DNA from: an uncultured Armatimonadetes bacterium | GTDB lineage: Bacteria; Armatimonadota; Hebobacteria; Hebobacterales; Hebobacteraceae | NCBI GenBank assembly: GCA_963716175.1 | Contig: OY970296.1 | Coordinates: 1,984,001 to 2,048,000, forward strand | Direction: 5' to 3' | DNA length: 64,000 bases | Shown here: piece after piece, positions 51,761 through 62,460 of the stretch | Numbering within the stretch: position 1 is the stretch's first letter | How the letters are laid out: every line of letters starts with the position of its first letter | Made by a program: the position numbers and the translations under genes | The notes under the pieces: generated by a model | The model's database searches: none | The model's input: only the letters and a program-made list of their open reading frames with translations | Told to the model about the DNA's origin: nothing

Positions 51761-52268
51761 ACGACCCCGCGTCGTCGCTTCGCTCCGACCCAGCGGGCCG
51801 GCCGCTTTCAATCGGAATGGCCGGCCGGTTTCCTTCGGAACGCGTGGCCGCTTTCATCGGAATGCGCAACCTGTAGCGCCCTTCTGGCGATTCGGCTCTC
51901 CCCAGACCATCTGACGGATTGGGTACTGGGACCCCCACTTCCACCACCGGAAACGGCCTTTCGGCTTCTCTTTCTCTGTTTCCATCGGACTTCTGCAATC
52001 CGTCCGATGATAGAGAATCGGCGAGGATGCCCTAGGAGAGTCTAGCTTGAGGCCGCCGAAATCAGGGTTCTATTCCCAAGCGGAGTAGGACACACCGGTC
52101 GCGAACTCCCACCGCCGTCCGCTGATAGAGAAAGTGAGCAATCCGCTTGCTTCTTTGAAGGGCTTATTTCCCCAGGGCCCGCCCACTCCACGGTGACTCT
52201 CAACGGTGTCTCATCGCCATCTATGACGCGCATCTGATCCCACAGGTGGACTCTGTGGGACACCACGA

Positions 52269-53351
52269 TCAGTTGGAGTAGCGCCTTCCTTCGTCCAGCA
52301 TCGCCAAGTAATTCTGGAGAGGGATGTAGTTGGCCACCGAGTTGCCTGTGCCCAGGCAGTAACCGCCTCCTTGCAGACAGACATCCAGCGTCTCCCGGAC
52401 CCGCCAGCGCACCGCCTCCTCATCGGCCCGGCAGAGAAAGTCAACGTCTATCCCCCCTATCAGAGATAGGCGATCCCCCCAGTGGTGCTTTGCCTGCGTA
52501 ACCGGCTCGATCGCATCCTCGAACGAGTGCTTCCCGTCCAGCTTCACCTCCTCGATGAAGCTGGGCATCAGGGCCTCGAGGTTGCCGCAGGCATGGAGAA
52601 GGTAGAGCTTCTTGTGTTGGTGTGCGATCTCCGCACTGCGCTGATGCCAGACCAGGGACTTCTCCCTGAGAATGCGCGACGAGATCAGGGGACCGGTGCG
52701 GTATCCCATGTCGTCCATGCTGAACACGATCGCAACACGCTCGAATCGCATCAACTGCTCGCACCAGCCTTCGCACATGAGTCCGGCTCGCGCGAAGAGC
52801 ATATCGACCAACTCCGGGTCGTCGTGGAGCGCGTAGCACAGGTGCTCGTATCCCATGAGGCCGAAAACCCACTCGAAGGGCCCGAAGATGGGTACCACTA
52901 GGCACATGTCGTCGGGGAGGTGCCGGGAAAGCCATTCGATCCTCGAGGTATCGGCGGCCGCGGGATCGGGCCAGGGATAGCGCTCGGCATCATCTTTGCT
53001 GCGGACCGGGCCCACGTGATAGTCCGTCCAACTGCGTCCACGTGATCGCGGCAGCTCTGCCGTGTCGCCGGCCACCAGGAAGTTCTCGCGCGGCCCCCCG
53101 GTATTCCCCAGCCAGGCGGTGACGTAGTCATAGCCCAGGAAGCGGTGGATGCGGATGCTCTGCCAGCCCCAGTAGTCGGGGTCACCCCGTCGGAGGTCTC
53201 CTTCGAGATCGAAGCGCTCCCAGATCGCTTGCTCGATCTCCCCGTCCCAGAAGAGCTCCATGAAATGCACCCGTGATGGAGTTCCTTCTCGGCGGAGGTT
53301 TCTCAGTAACCCCTCATAGTCGGTTCTCAGCGGCAACTCCAGCATCGCCAT
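52269..53351 (-). CDS. Uroporphyrinogen-decarboxylase-like (URO-D/MtaA fold) protein
   Basis: DDMGY, LHACGN, GGIDV and GGYCLGTGNSV motifs. Confidence 0.85.
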   Translation of the reverse strand: MAMLELPLRTDYEGLLRNLRREGTPSRVHFMELFWDGEIEQAIWERFDLEGDLRRGDPDYWGWQSIRIHRFLGYDYVTAWLGNTGGPRENFLVAGDTAELPRSRGRSWTDYHVGPVRSKDDAERYPWPDPAAADTSRIEWLSRHLPDDMCLVVPIFGPFEWVFGLMGYEHLCYALHDDPELVDMLFARAGLMCEGWCEQLMRFERVAIVFSMDDMGYRTGPLISSRILREKSLVWHQRSAEIAHQHKKLYLLHACGNLEALMPSFIEEVKLDGKHSFEDAIEPVTQAKHHWGDRLSLIGGIDVDFLCRADEEAVRWRVRETLDVCLQGGGYCLGTGNSVANYIPLQNYLAMLDEGRRYSN

Positions 53352-53612
53352 CTCCTCCGTGCCAGCGTCTTGATCGCAGTGCACCTTCTGTAGTCTGACG
53401 CACCCAGGTGGCCACAGGCCCCAGTCCTGGGCATCCTCGGGGCCGACTCCTCGGGTCCTGGGGACTGCCGATGACCGCGGTGCTGTCATCTGGAGCTGCT
53501 CGTCGGCACAGAGACATCAGGCCATAGGCCTCGCGGCACGCTGGCAACAGCGCTCGCCTGACTTCGCTGGCGGCACCGATGAGCAATACCTTCAGCTCCG
53601 TCGTCTGTCAGC

Positions 53613-54221
53613 TCACTGCAGACACTCAAGCAATCTGAGCCAGGCCACCATCCCCGGATCGTCTCTGCCCACACTTCGCTGCCCGAACATGCGGGCGCGG
53701 CCTTGGCGGGCGGGACGGTCGCGGAACTGGTCAATGGTCTCCCCAACCGCGTGGAGCGCGGCCGGCAGCATGGCTTCTGGCTGCCCCGCCTGCTGCAGCG
53801 CCTCCGCCGTGGCCGCAATAGCATCGAGCACGGTCTTGTCGCCGAGTTCGGCCTTGCCTCGTGTCCGCATTGCGTCCAAGGCGGCGGCGAGCAACTCCGG
53901 CGCCTCCTGCCAGCCAGCCTCGGTGCGTCCTCGCATCGCTCTTGCGGCGCTCATCGCACCGGTGGCAAGGAGCGTCCCAAAGGTCGAGCCGGAAATGCTG
54001 ACAAAGGCCTTTGCGCACTGAAGCAATGCGGCGCCGACGTCAGGAGGAAGGCTCTCGGCTTGCTCTGCGACGCTCCTCAGACCACGCACCAGGGTCACCC
54101 CGAGATCGCCGTCTCCTAGAGCCCCGTCCAGTGCACTGAGATCATCTGCACATCGCTCCGCCTGGGCGGTTAGCAGTCGGATCGCCTCCCGTAGCGTTTC
54201 CGTTGTGAGCACCTGACCCAT
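53613..54221 (-). CDS. dhaL: Dihydroxyacetone kinase-like subunit L (Dak2)
   Basis: LDGALGDGDLG, GDKTVLDA, GRA and DPG motifs. Confidence 0.88.
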   Translation of the reverse strand: MGQVLTTETLREAIRLLTAQAERCADDLSALDGALGDGDLGVTLVRGLRSVAEQAESLPPDVGAALLQCAKAFVSISGSTFGTLLATGAMSAARAMRGRTEAGWQEAPELLAAALDAMRTRGKAELGDKTVLDAIAATAEALQQAGQPEAMLPAALHAVGETIDQFRDRPARQGRARMFGQRSVGRDDPGMVAWLRLLECLQ

Positions 54222-54234
54222 ATGCTTCGTCTCG

Positions 54235-55233
54235 TCATACGCGCCAGAACGGGCAGTCGCAGGGCGCCTTCAGGAGTTGTTCAAGTTCGTTATCGAGCAG
54301 GCAGAAGGTCAGCGACATGCCCGTCATCTCCATAGAAGTGGCGTAGCGTCCGACCAGCGGCATGACGATCTCGACGCCGAGGTCGCGCAGCCGGCCCGCG
54401 ACATAGCGGTAGACAATATACAGCTCCTCTGGCGGGGTCGCTCCTAAGCTGTTGCACATGACCGAGACGCGGTCGCCGGCGGCGAGGGGCAAATCGGTGA
54501 GTAGTGCGTCGACCATCGTCGATGCGATCTCATCGGCAGTCTGGAGCGGGCCCCGCTGGATGCCTGGCTCGCCGTGGATGCCCATGCCGATCTCCATCTC
54601 GCCCTCCCCGAGCTGGAAGGTTGGCTTCCCTACCTGGGGCACCGTGCAGGGCGTCAGCGCCACCCCGATAGAGCGGGTCGCGTCGAGGGCCTTCCGCGCG
54701 ATGGCGGCTACGGCCGGGAGATTGGCGCCGGTGTCGGCCTTGGCGCCGGCGATCTTGAAGCCATACACCATGCCGGCGACGCCGCGCCGCTTCTCGCGTT
54801 CCGCGGGCGGCGCGCTCGCGACATCGTCCGCAGCCAGCACGGTCTCGGTCGCAATGCCCTCCATGCCCACCATTTCCGCGGCCATGTCGAAGTTCATGAC
54901 ATCGCCACCGTAGTTGCCGTACAGCAGGAGCACACCGGCGCCGCCATTGGCCGCCTGGATGGCATCGGACATCTGGTCTACGGTGGGAGAGGCAAACACG
55001 TCTCCGATAGCGCAGGCGTCCAGCAGGCCCTTCCCCACATAGCCAGTGAATACGGGAAGATGGCCGGACCCCCCGCCCGTGACCAGACCAACCTTCCCTG
55101 CGACCGCCCCCCCCGCACGCGCAGTCACACGCCCGTGGGGCCCACGCTGTTGGTAGTACTGGGGATGGGCCGCGCACAGCCCTTCCAGCATCTCATCCAC
55201 GTAGTGAAATGGGTCGTTCAGGATCTTCTTCAT
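54235..55233 (-). CDS. dhaK: Dihydroxyacetone kinase-like subunit K (Dak1)
   Basis: GGGSGHLP, NYGGDVMNF and GMGIHGEPG motifs. Confidence 0.9.
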   Translation of the reverse strand: MKKILNDPFHYVDEMLEGLCAAHPQYYQQRGPHGRVTARAGGAVAGKVGLVTGGGSGHLPVFTGYVGKGLLDACAIGDVFASPTVDQMSDAIQAANGGAGVLLLYGNYGGDVMNFDMAAEMVGMEGIATETVLAADDVASAPPAEREKRRGVAGMVYGFKIAGAKADTGANLPAVAAIARKALDATRSIGVALTPCTVPQVGKPTFQLGEGEMEIGMGIHGEPGIQRGPLQTADEIASTMVDALLTDLPLAAGDRVSVMCNSLGATPPEELYIVYRYVAGRLRDLGVEIVMPLVGRYATSMEMTGMSLTFCLLDNELEQLLKAPCDCPFWRV

Positions 55234-55361
55234 CTTCCGTTTATCCTCACTGCCCGGTTCGCATTTCGCCCTCGACCAGGCCCGATGCTAGGGCGCTCTT
55301 TTGCCGGCATTCGGTGCTAATCCTGTACACCTTCTTCCTGCGCTGGAATGGGCAGCCGCCG

Positions 55362-56690
55362 TCACGCGCCGCCGATGGAACGACGGCACGCAATCGTCCG
55401 TCGCACCAGATCCGAGATCCTTCCCTCGCCAAACCCGGCGACGACCGTCTTCACCGTATCGTTCAGCGGAGCCATCCACCGCTGGTCCAGTCGCTCGTAG
55501 CCAACTGCGGCGCCGCAGATGCTGCCGGCCGTGGCGCCATTGCAGTCGGTGTCGATACCACACAGCGCGGCCGTGGTCATGGTTCTGGTGAAGTCGAGCT
55601 GGCCGTGCAGCACCGCCAGCACCACGATGGCGACGTTATTCGTCGTGGCGGCGAAGTACATATGGCCGTAGTAGTCGTAGATGCGGTCGCAAGTCGCCAT
55701 CCAGTCGCCGGTCTCGGCGTACCATCGCCGCACGTTCCGGACGGCCTCGGCGAGACGGGAACGGCGCGGGATACACGACAGCCCGCCCGCGATGATGGTC
55801 TCGACGGAGGGGATTGGAGAGAGAGCGGCGCTGATGCAGCCGCTGACGAACATCCCTCCGTAGATGCCGTTCTTCACCAGATCGAATGAACACTGCCGAT
55901 GGACCCAACGCGCCCCGAGCCGCGGGTCGCCTGGACTGAGGTAGCCCCACAGGTCGGCTTTGAGCTGTCCGTCGATGCACTCTCGCCAAGGGTTGAGCTT
56001 CAGCGGGAACTCGTCCACCTGCTCCTCCACGCTGCGGTCGGAGCTGAGATTCACCATGTGATAATAGGCCTGCCGGTCAGCCACCCACAGCCAGTGGTAG
56101 GGGATATTGTCGAGCAGGTTCCAGCCGACGTCAGCCTTCGTAAACGCCAGCCCCTTCTGCTCCATCAGCATGAGAGAGAGGATGGTGTAGTGGATATCAT
56201 CATCGGGCTGCACGAACTGGACGTGACCCTGCGCGGAGGGAAGACAGTCCATGCGCAGCGTTCGGCCAAGCTTCTCGGAACGAATGGGCACCCAGTCCTC
56301 CAGGGGATAGGAGTCGAGGCTCTCCAGATACTCCCTGATCTCCGGTCGGGTCAGACCAACCTCGAGTGGCTTTCCCAGCACGAGACCCGCGCAGCGGCCA
56401 TACCAGGCCCCCTTGATCCGCTCCGCGTAGTCCGCGTCGCTCACTGGACCGAGTGCCGGCACCGGCTCGGCCTCGGCGAGGATCGCCTCGAAGTCATCCG
56501 GCTCGACATAGGGAAAGTCCGGCCGCAGGCCCTTCTCTCGAACCTTCCAGAGCCGGCGGCACGCTCGCTCCCAGTCGCGTTCGGTCAGGCCGTCGCCAGC
56601 CGGTGGCTTTCCCGTCACCGGGTAGCCTTCCTCCGCGAGCTGTATGCGCTCTGCCTCGTAGAGCGTCCTCCAATTCCCATTCCCTGGCAT
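55362..56690 (-). CDS. ADP-ribosylglycohydrolase family protein
   Basis: GAWYGR..G..LGKPLE, DDDIHY and GIDTDCNGATAGS motifs. Confidence 0.88.
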   Translation of the reverse strand: MPGNGNWRTLYEAERIQLAEEGYPVTGKPPAGDGLTERDWERACRRLWKVREKGLRPDFPYVEPDDFEAILAEAEPVPALGPVSDADYAERIKGAWYGRCAGLVLGKPLEVGLTRPEIREYLESLDSYPLEDWVPIRSEKLGRTLRMDCLPSAQGHVQFVQPDDDIHYTILSLMLMEQKGLAFTKADVGWNLLDNIPYHWLWVADRQAYYHMVNLSSDRSVEEQVDEFPLKLNPWRECIDGQLKADLWGYLSPGDPRLGARWVHRQCSFDLVKNGIYGGMFVSGCISAALSPIPSVETIIAGGLSCIPRRSRLAEAVRNVRRWYAETGDWMATCDRIYDYYGHMYFAATTNNVAIVVLAVLHGQLDFTRTMTTAALCGIDTDCNGATAGSICGAAVGYERLDQRWMAPLNDTVKTVVAGFGEGRISDLVRRTIACRRSIGGA

Positions 56691-56703
56691 GCCTCTTCTC
56701 CGA

Positions 56704-56892
56704 TCACTTTGGCTTCAGCGCTCGTCGCGCCGCGATGGCGAGAGCGATGCCTGAGACCATCCCCGAAGCTGTGCTACACAGCGGGTTCACGGCTCGCGCC
56801 GTCGACCGCGTGCTGGAGCATTGCGGACACTCCACGTTGGAGAGCGGCAGCACGTAGCCGCACTTCGGGCAGGTGCGTTCCCCTGTGGTGAC
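56704..56892 (-). pseudogene. Small zinc-ribbon ORF lacking a canonical start codon
   Basis: VTTGERTCPKCGYVLPLSNVECPQC... with a hydrophobic tail; GGAGG upstream. Confidence 0.35.
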
Positions 56893-57274
56893 CGTAACCT
56901 CCCGCCAGAATGTGATTCCGCTGCCCTCCGCGGCAGGGGACTAGACCACTACGCTCAGGCCGCCCGGAGTAGCGGCCTTGCGGAGTATACCATTCCCCTC
57001 CCAGATGTGTAAGCAGGCGCTCAGGCCCATACCGGCCGGAAAGAGGCTCCCTCTTGGCCCTGGGCGCCGCGTGCACCAGGCGTCCCCATCTTGATCACTG
57101 CCCACAAGTATCAGCCTGCTTTCCAGCTGCGCCGCAGGCTGGGATCTTCCGGCGTTCCCCCCCCACTTCTCGCAAACACAGTAGTGGGGCACTGCTCGGC
57201 CCGCGCGGCCCAAGCCACGCCCCACATCCCACCGGGAGGCTGTCTTTGCGGAATGGGCCGGCCCCGAGTGTGTG

Positions 57275-57685
57275 TCAGCCCATGCCCAGCACACGCCTCT
57301 GCTCGTCCCACTCCAGAGGCAACCGGTGCAGCTTCTCCAGCGAGAGCCCGTCCGGCTCCTGTCCCATCAGGATCGCCTCCACGATGTCGGGGGCGAGCAG
57401 CGCGAGATTCAGATGGCGGCCCACGTAGGAGCCATCGACCCCCATCCGCGCCGCCAGCGCGTCGATGGAGGGATAGCGACCGCTCTCCAGCAACTCCTTC
57501 CAGCGGTGGCCGCGGATCACGGCCAACACGAGCGCGCTGTAGGTCTGAGGAGTCGTCTTTCGCGGGCGCGGCAGGCCCTGGGGGACGATGATCTCTTTCC
57601 GGCCCCCGCGGCGCTTCAGTGCCATCGGCACCCGAATGCGCAGGCGGCCGTCGTCACCGACCATGTCTGGAGCTTCACCGTTCAT
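57275..57685 (-). CDS. Conserved protein found downstream of large serine recombinases
   Basis: KRRGGRK, LLAPDIVEAIL.G and P.EW.EQR motifs; ATGA-type overlap with the recombinase. Confidence 0.75.
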   Translation of the reverse strand: MNGEAPDMVGDDGRLRIRVPMALKRRGGRKEIIVPQGLPRPRKTTPQTYSALVLAVIRGHRWKELLESGRYPSIDALAARMGVDGSYVGRHLNLALLAPDIVEAILMGQEPDGLSLEKLHRLPLEWDEQRRVLGMG

Positions 57686-59253
57686 GCCGGCACCTCCGCA
57701 CGCTCATGGCTGCGAAGCTCGAGGGCCAGGCTCTCGAGGCCCTCCGCTCGCAGCTCCAGGTCCAGCCCGTCAGGCCCCACCTCCACCCGGCGCACGAGAA
57801 GCTGCACGATGCGCTCCTGCTCCGCGGGGAACAGCTCCTCCCACGCCGGGTCGAGCGAGGCGAGCGCCCCGATCACCTCCCGCTCGCCGACACGAGACGA
57901 CAGCGCCTGCATCTCCTGGTCGGCCTGGGTGACGGCGCGCTCCTGCGCCTCCACCTGCGCGGTCAGCTCAGCCAGCCGCCCGGCGACCAGCGGGGAGTCG
58001 CCGTAGGCCCCGGACATCAGCCGCTGTGCTTCCTCCCTGAAGGCGGTCAGCTTGGTCGCCGCCGCGGTGTGCTGATGCGTCACCTCCTCCAGCCGGGCCT
58101 CCCGCTGCTTCCGCGCCGCGCGGACGGTCGCCGCCACCACCTCCGGCGTCTCGAAGACGGCTCTCAGCTGCTCGATCACCGCGCGCTCGATCTCTCCGGC
58201 CGGCACCGTGCCCACCGGACAGGAGCCAGGCCCGTGCTTGGAGGCATGGACGCACAGATAGTAGCGGTACACCTTGCCTCATCGCTTGGTGAAGCTGGGC
58301 CCCATAGCGCAGCCGCAGTGGGCACACCGGATGATGCCTCGCAACAGGGCCGGCGTCTTCGTGCGGGTCCGCACCCCGCGGGTGCGGCAGTTCCACGCGA
58401 GGATGCTGTGGGCCTGATCCCAGAGCCGGCGTGTCACGATCGGCTCGTGCTCTCCGGGGTAGCGCTCACCCTTGTGGGTCACCTCCCCGATGTAGAGAGG
58501 GTTGTTGAGGACACGGTAGACGAGAACCTTGTTCCAGGGCATGCCCGCCCGCGTCCTGCCCTTCTTCGTCGTCCAGGACTTGGTGGTGTAGCCCTTCTCG
58601 TTCAGCTGCTGCGCCAGTGTCGTGGTGGAGCCGGTCTCGGCGAAGTCGGAGAAGATGCGCAGCACGAGTTCCGCCTCCTGGGGGTTCACCACGAGGCGCT
58701 TGCGCTCCCGATCCACGTCATAGCCCAGCACCGGCGGCCCGCCCGTGTACTTGCCCTTCCGCCTGGTGGCTGCCACCTTGTCGCGGATACGCTCTCCGAT
58801 GATCTCCCGCTCGAACTGGGCGAAGGAGAGCAGGATGTTCACCATCAGCCGGCCCATGGAGGTGCTGGTATCGAAGCGCTGGGTCACGGAGACGAAGGAG
58901 ACATTGTGGCGGTCGAAGACCTCCACGAGCTTTGCGAAGTCCAGCAAGGAGCGCGTGAGGCGGTCGAGCTTGTAGACCACCACGCAGTCGATCTTCCCCG
59001 CCTCGATGTCGGCCAGCAACCGCAGCAGCGCGGGCCGGTCCAGGGTGGCGCCGGAGTAGCCCCCATCGTCGTAGCGGGTGGACAGGGCAACCCACCCCTC
59101 ATGCTTCTGGCTCGTGACATAAGCCTCGCCTGACTCCCGCTGCGCGTCCAGGGAGTTGAACTCGGAATCCAGTCCCTCCTCGGTGCTGGTCCGTGTGAGG
59201 GTGGCGCACCGGACGCGACGCAGGGCCTGTCGCTCTCGTTCCTGGCGTGTCAT
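57682..59253 (-). pseudogene. Large serine recombinase with an in-frame TGA at 58279-58281
   Basis: SLDAQRE, YKLDRLTRS, FAQFERE and LLRGIIRCAHCG...*GKVYRYYLC; N-terminal motif degenerate (TLTRTS). Confidence 0.9.
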
Positions 59254-59438
59254 CGGTCGGCACTCCTGTAGGTGGGTCGCAGTCCAAAGAACACCTTGCC
59301 GTTCCAGTGACCACCGGTGATGGTGTTCGCGATGGCGGACAGCGAGCGATACGGCCTGCCCTCGAACTCAAAGCCGGTGGCCGTGACGGTGACCTCGTAG
59401 CGGCGGTAATCCCACATCGTCGGCAGCATCGCCCGCAC
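59250..59438 (-). pseudogene. DUF2924 C-terminal fragment
   Basis: GFEFEGRPYRSLSAIANTITG.HWNG..FFGL. Confidence 0.75.
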
Positions 59439-61935
59439 TCAGGGAGTCGGCGCGCAGGTGCAGAACGTCGTGCCGCGTCCCTCCCAGAGTGCGACGGAGC
59501 GTCAGCTTCTTCCGCACCGCGTCGACCGAAGCCAAGAGGCCGCGCTCGTGGAGGCGCTTGCGCAACGTGTACGGCGATACGGTGATCTCCTCACCAGTCG
59601 CCCTGCCCATCGCCTGCGCCACCGCGAAGCTGGCATCGGGCTGCAGATAGAGATCCTCGCCGTCCAGCCACCCGATGCGATCACCGTGCGGTTGCCACGT
59701 GCCGGGCTCGTCACGCCAGCCCCAGGCCTCTGGATTGTCGGGTTCACTTCCGTTCGTGGCGGCGATGTGAGCGCGGCCGGATGTGATCGCGGCCGACAGC
59801 AGGCGGATGAACAGGCCGGTTGGCTCCGTTGTCCCTATGTGGGCCGCCTGGTGCGCCGCGACCTCCGTGAGCGCCGTCCATCCGCGCTCCCACAGCCCTT
59901 TTGCCTCCTTTTCAGCGAGTGCGCCGGCATCCTGGGCGAATGCGATGAAGTAGCGCAGACCAAGCGCCTGGTTTGCAGCAATCTCGGGGGTTCTCGGGTG
60001 CATGCCGAGCCGCGTGAGCGCCGCGCGGAGCTCCCGCACCTCACCCGGCAGCCGCGCCGATATCTCTGCGTATCTCGGCGCCAACCATCGCACGTATCCC
60101 GCCATGGCCGCCGTGTACAGCCCCTCGGCTGCATCGGCCTGACAGGCTGTCAGCGCGGTCACGTCCACATCGCCTTTCCGAAACTCAATCACGAACACGC
60201 GCGCTCCCAGCGATTCGCCTCGCGGCAGGTCCTCCCCGGTGGCGACAATCAGCCCGCGAGGCGGCTTGGGCGGCCGGGGGGTCGAGTCTGCTCCCAGTCG
60301 GCCCCGGCCAGACCGATTCGCCTGGCCCCGCAGAAGGCGGTCAGCATCTCGCTGCTGACGGTCCGCAGCAGCCCCGGCTCTTCGGGGGACATCATCGTCC
60401 ACGATCAGCAAAGCGTCTTTAGCCGCGAAGGCAAGGGCCTCCAGGTAGTTGGCGGTGCTCTTCCAGTCCGCCGGCAAGTTAGCGAGATCCATCCCTGCAC
60501 CGAAGTGCGACTGGGCCAGAGCACTCACGGAGGTCTTGTACAGCCCCGTCCTCCCGACCAAATACCCGGAGACGTCGCTGTCACCAAGCGGCGCCCGCCA
60601 GGTCATGCAGAACAGCGGGACGATCACCCTATCGGGCGCAAGACCATCCAGGAGACGCAGCGATGCCCGCACCGCCGCGCGCAGCTCCTCGCCCGCCGGC
60701 GGAGTTGGCAGCTGGTAGCCATTCAGCTCACGGGGCAGATCGACTTCAACATCGCCCACTGCGCCATCCGCGCCAATCGCCCCGCCGCCATGGAGATAGA
60801 GCCACCGCCCGTCGATCTTGCGCCAGCTGGTGTGGGCGTAGAGGCGCCGGTACGGTGTGGGGCCACTCAGAAGCTGAATGGCGGCCCGCGCGTGATCCCG
60901 AGGGTACATCCCGGGGTAGACCACTGCCTCCGAGCCGAGGTGCTCGAGGTGCCAACTCATGCCGTTGAATGAGGTACTGGGAATCGCAAAGCGAGATCGG
61001 CGTCCGTGGAGGTTCGCCTCGATCTCGAAGAGCCGCTGCGTTTCAGCCCCGTCATCGCGCACGATCTGCCCAGTGACACGCGCGGTGAAGTTCGTCAGGG
61101 GTGTCGGGATCTCGCCATCCCTCGTCTGCCTCAGCCAGACGATCCCATCCTCGGTTTCGCGATAAGGCCCGGCCCCAGGCTCATCGTCCGGCGAAGGGAG
61201 GCCGCGCAGCTCGGGAGAAGAGCAGGCGAGCAATTCCTCCACGGTATGCCCGGCCGCGAGATAATCATCCAGACCTTGCTTCGCTCTGGCCGGTCCCGAT
61301 GGGGGATAGATGAAGTGCACGGTCGCTCCCCGCAGCTTCAGAAACGCGGCCAGCCGTTCGAGCGCGAGGTGGACTTCCGGCTTCGTCATCACGTCCGAGT
61401 CAAAGCAGATGCAGACTAGCCGACCGTTCGGGGGGATGTACTCCCAGTCGGCAAGAGCGGCATTTCCCCCCAACTCATTCGTGCCGCGCCAGTTCCAGAC
61501 CCCGAGTAGCGCGATGCAGCAGAGGCCGGCGCTTGCGCCCGAATCGCCCTTCCGCACTCCCTCCGTGATCCATAGCGGCACGCTCGGATCGGCCAGTTTC
61601 GCGCGAATCAACGGAGGCACGTCGAGCGCCATTCGGCTGCCGCCTGGCGTTTCATACTTCACAGCCTTGCCGTCGCTGTTGATGCGCGGCTGGTCGGGCC
61701 GGATCTGGTAGGTCGCCAGCTCACCGAGTACATTCCAGACCGGCACTACCAGCGCGGGACTGAGGCACTGGCTGTCGCTGAACCCGAGCCGCCGCAGTTC
61801 GCTCTTCCTCTGCGCTGACCAATACCCGCGCGCCTGGGCCACCTCCGGCGATATCCCCGAGGCCTCAATGAGGGCCGCGTGTTGGGGCAAGAGAACGCCT
61901 TCACTTCGCCTGGCTTCTACCGTGGTTGTCATCAT
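59368..61935 (-). CDS. DUF3854 (Toprim-like) primase fused to a P-loop/DUF927-like domain
   Basis: WITEGVRK, GVWNW, FDSD and KQGLDDYL motifs; GRTGLYKT and LIVDD in the C-terminal half. Confidence 0.8.
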   Translation of the reverse strand: MMTTTVEARRSEGVLLPQHAALIEASGISPEVAQARGYWSAQRKSELRRLGFSDSQCLSPALVVPVWNVLGELATYQIRPDQPRINSDGKAVKYETPGGSRMALDVPPLIRAKLADPSVPLWITEGVRKGDSGASAGLCCIALLGVWNWRGTNELGGNAALADWEYIPPNGRLVCICFDSDVMTKPEVHLALERLAAFLKLRGATVHFIYPPSGPARAKQGLDDYLAAGHTVEELLACSSPELRGLPSPDDEPGAGPYRETEDGIVWLRQTRDGEIPTPLTNFTARVTGQIVRDDGAETQRLFEIEANLHGRRSRFAIPSTSFNGMSWHLEHLGSEAVVYPGMYPRDHARAAIQLLSGPTPYRRLYAHTSWRKIDGRWLYLHGGGAIGADGAVGDVEVDLPRELNGYQLPTPPAGEELRAAVRASLRLLDGLAPDRVIVPLFCMTWRAPLGDSDVSGYLVGRTGLYKTSVSALAQSHFGAGMDLANLPADWKSTANYLEALAFAAKDALLIVDDDVPRRAGAAADRQQRDADRLLRGQANRSGRGRLGADSTPRPPKPPRGLIVATGEDLPRGESLGARVFVIEFRKGDVDVTALTACQADAAEGLYTAAMAGYVRWLAPRYAEISARLPGEVRELRAALTRLGMHPRTPEIAANQALGLRYFIAFAQDAGALAEKEAKGLWERGWTALTEVAAHQAAHIGTTEPTGLFIRLLSAAITSGRAHIAATNGSEPDNPEAWGWRDEPGTWQPHGDRIGWLDGEDLYLQPDASFAVAQAMGRATGEEITVSPYTLRKRLHERGLLASVDAVRKKLTLRRTLGGTRHDVLHLRADSLSAGDAADDVGLPPLRGHRHGHRL

Positions 61936-62215
61936 GCTCCATGCTCCATTTCTCCGGGCCGCCGCCCCTTGCGGTTGGAGCGGCCGCGTCCGCCCGGGCG
62001 GCGGGCGACGCCCCGGAGTCATCTGTGGGTTCGGACTTGGCGATGGCTGGACGGAACAGCTCGGGGTGATCGGCCGCATAGGCGCGCGCCACCAGCCGCG
62101 CCAGCAGGCTCTCCGCAGCCTGCCACTCCTGGGCCGGCATGGGGTCCGGCGAGATGTGGCTTACGAACGTCAGCCGAGATCTTCGATTGCCAACCTGTCC
62201 CTTCGGCACATCCAC
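61901..62215 (-). CDS. Small hypothetical protein of the element
   Basis: Co-oriented ORF with a helical segment EWQAAESLLARLVARAY. Confidence 0.4.
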   Translation of the reverse strand: MDVPKGQVGNRRSRLTFVSHISPDPMPAQEWQAAESLLARLVARAYAADHPELFRPAIAKSEPTDDSGASPAARADAAAPTARGGGPEKWSMEHDDNHGRSQAK

Positions 62216-62460
62216 TCCAAACAGGAAAGCCAGGAGAAGGAAGCGAGATTCGACTCGCTCTCATCTCCTGGCTTCGCTTAGTCGGGTCTCTGCCGACCTG
62301 ACGAAGGCCCGCAGCACCCTTTCGCTAACTTCCGAAGTCTACACCAACAGCAACTTGCCCTTGCTCGTCACTTTCAGATGTCTTTCGACCCTCGCTCCTT
62401 TGCGGTCTCGTCCCACGATTCGAATCAGGCGCTCACCACCCAAGTTCAAATGCAGCTCCC

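Larger units (their letters stand above)
49211..51868 (+). mobile_element. Intact IS21-family element
   Basis: Ends TGCATATTCCG / CGGAATGCGCA; multiple subterminal CGGCCAC..ATTCCG repeats; target duplication ACCTGT at 49205-49210 and 51869-51874. Confidence 0.95.
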
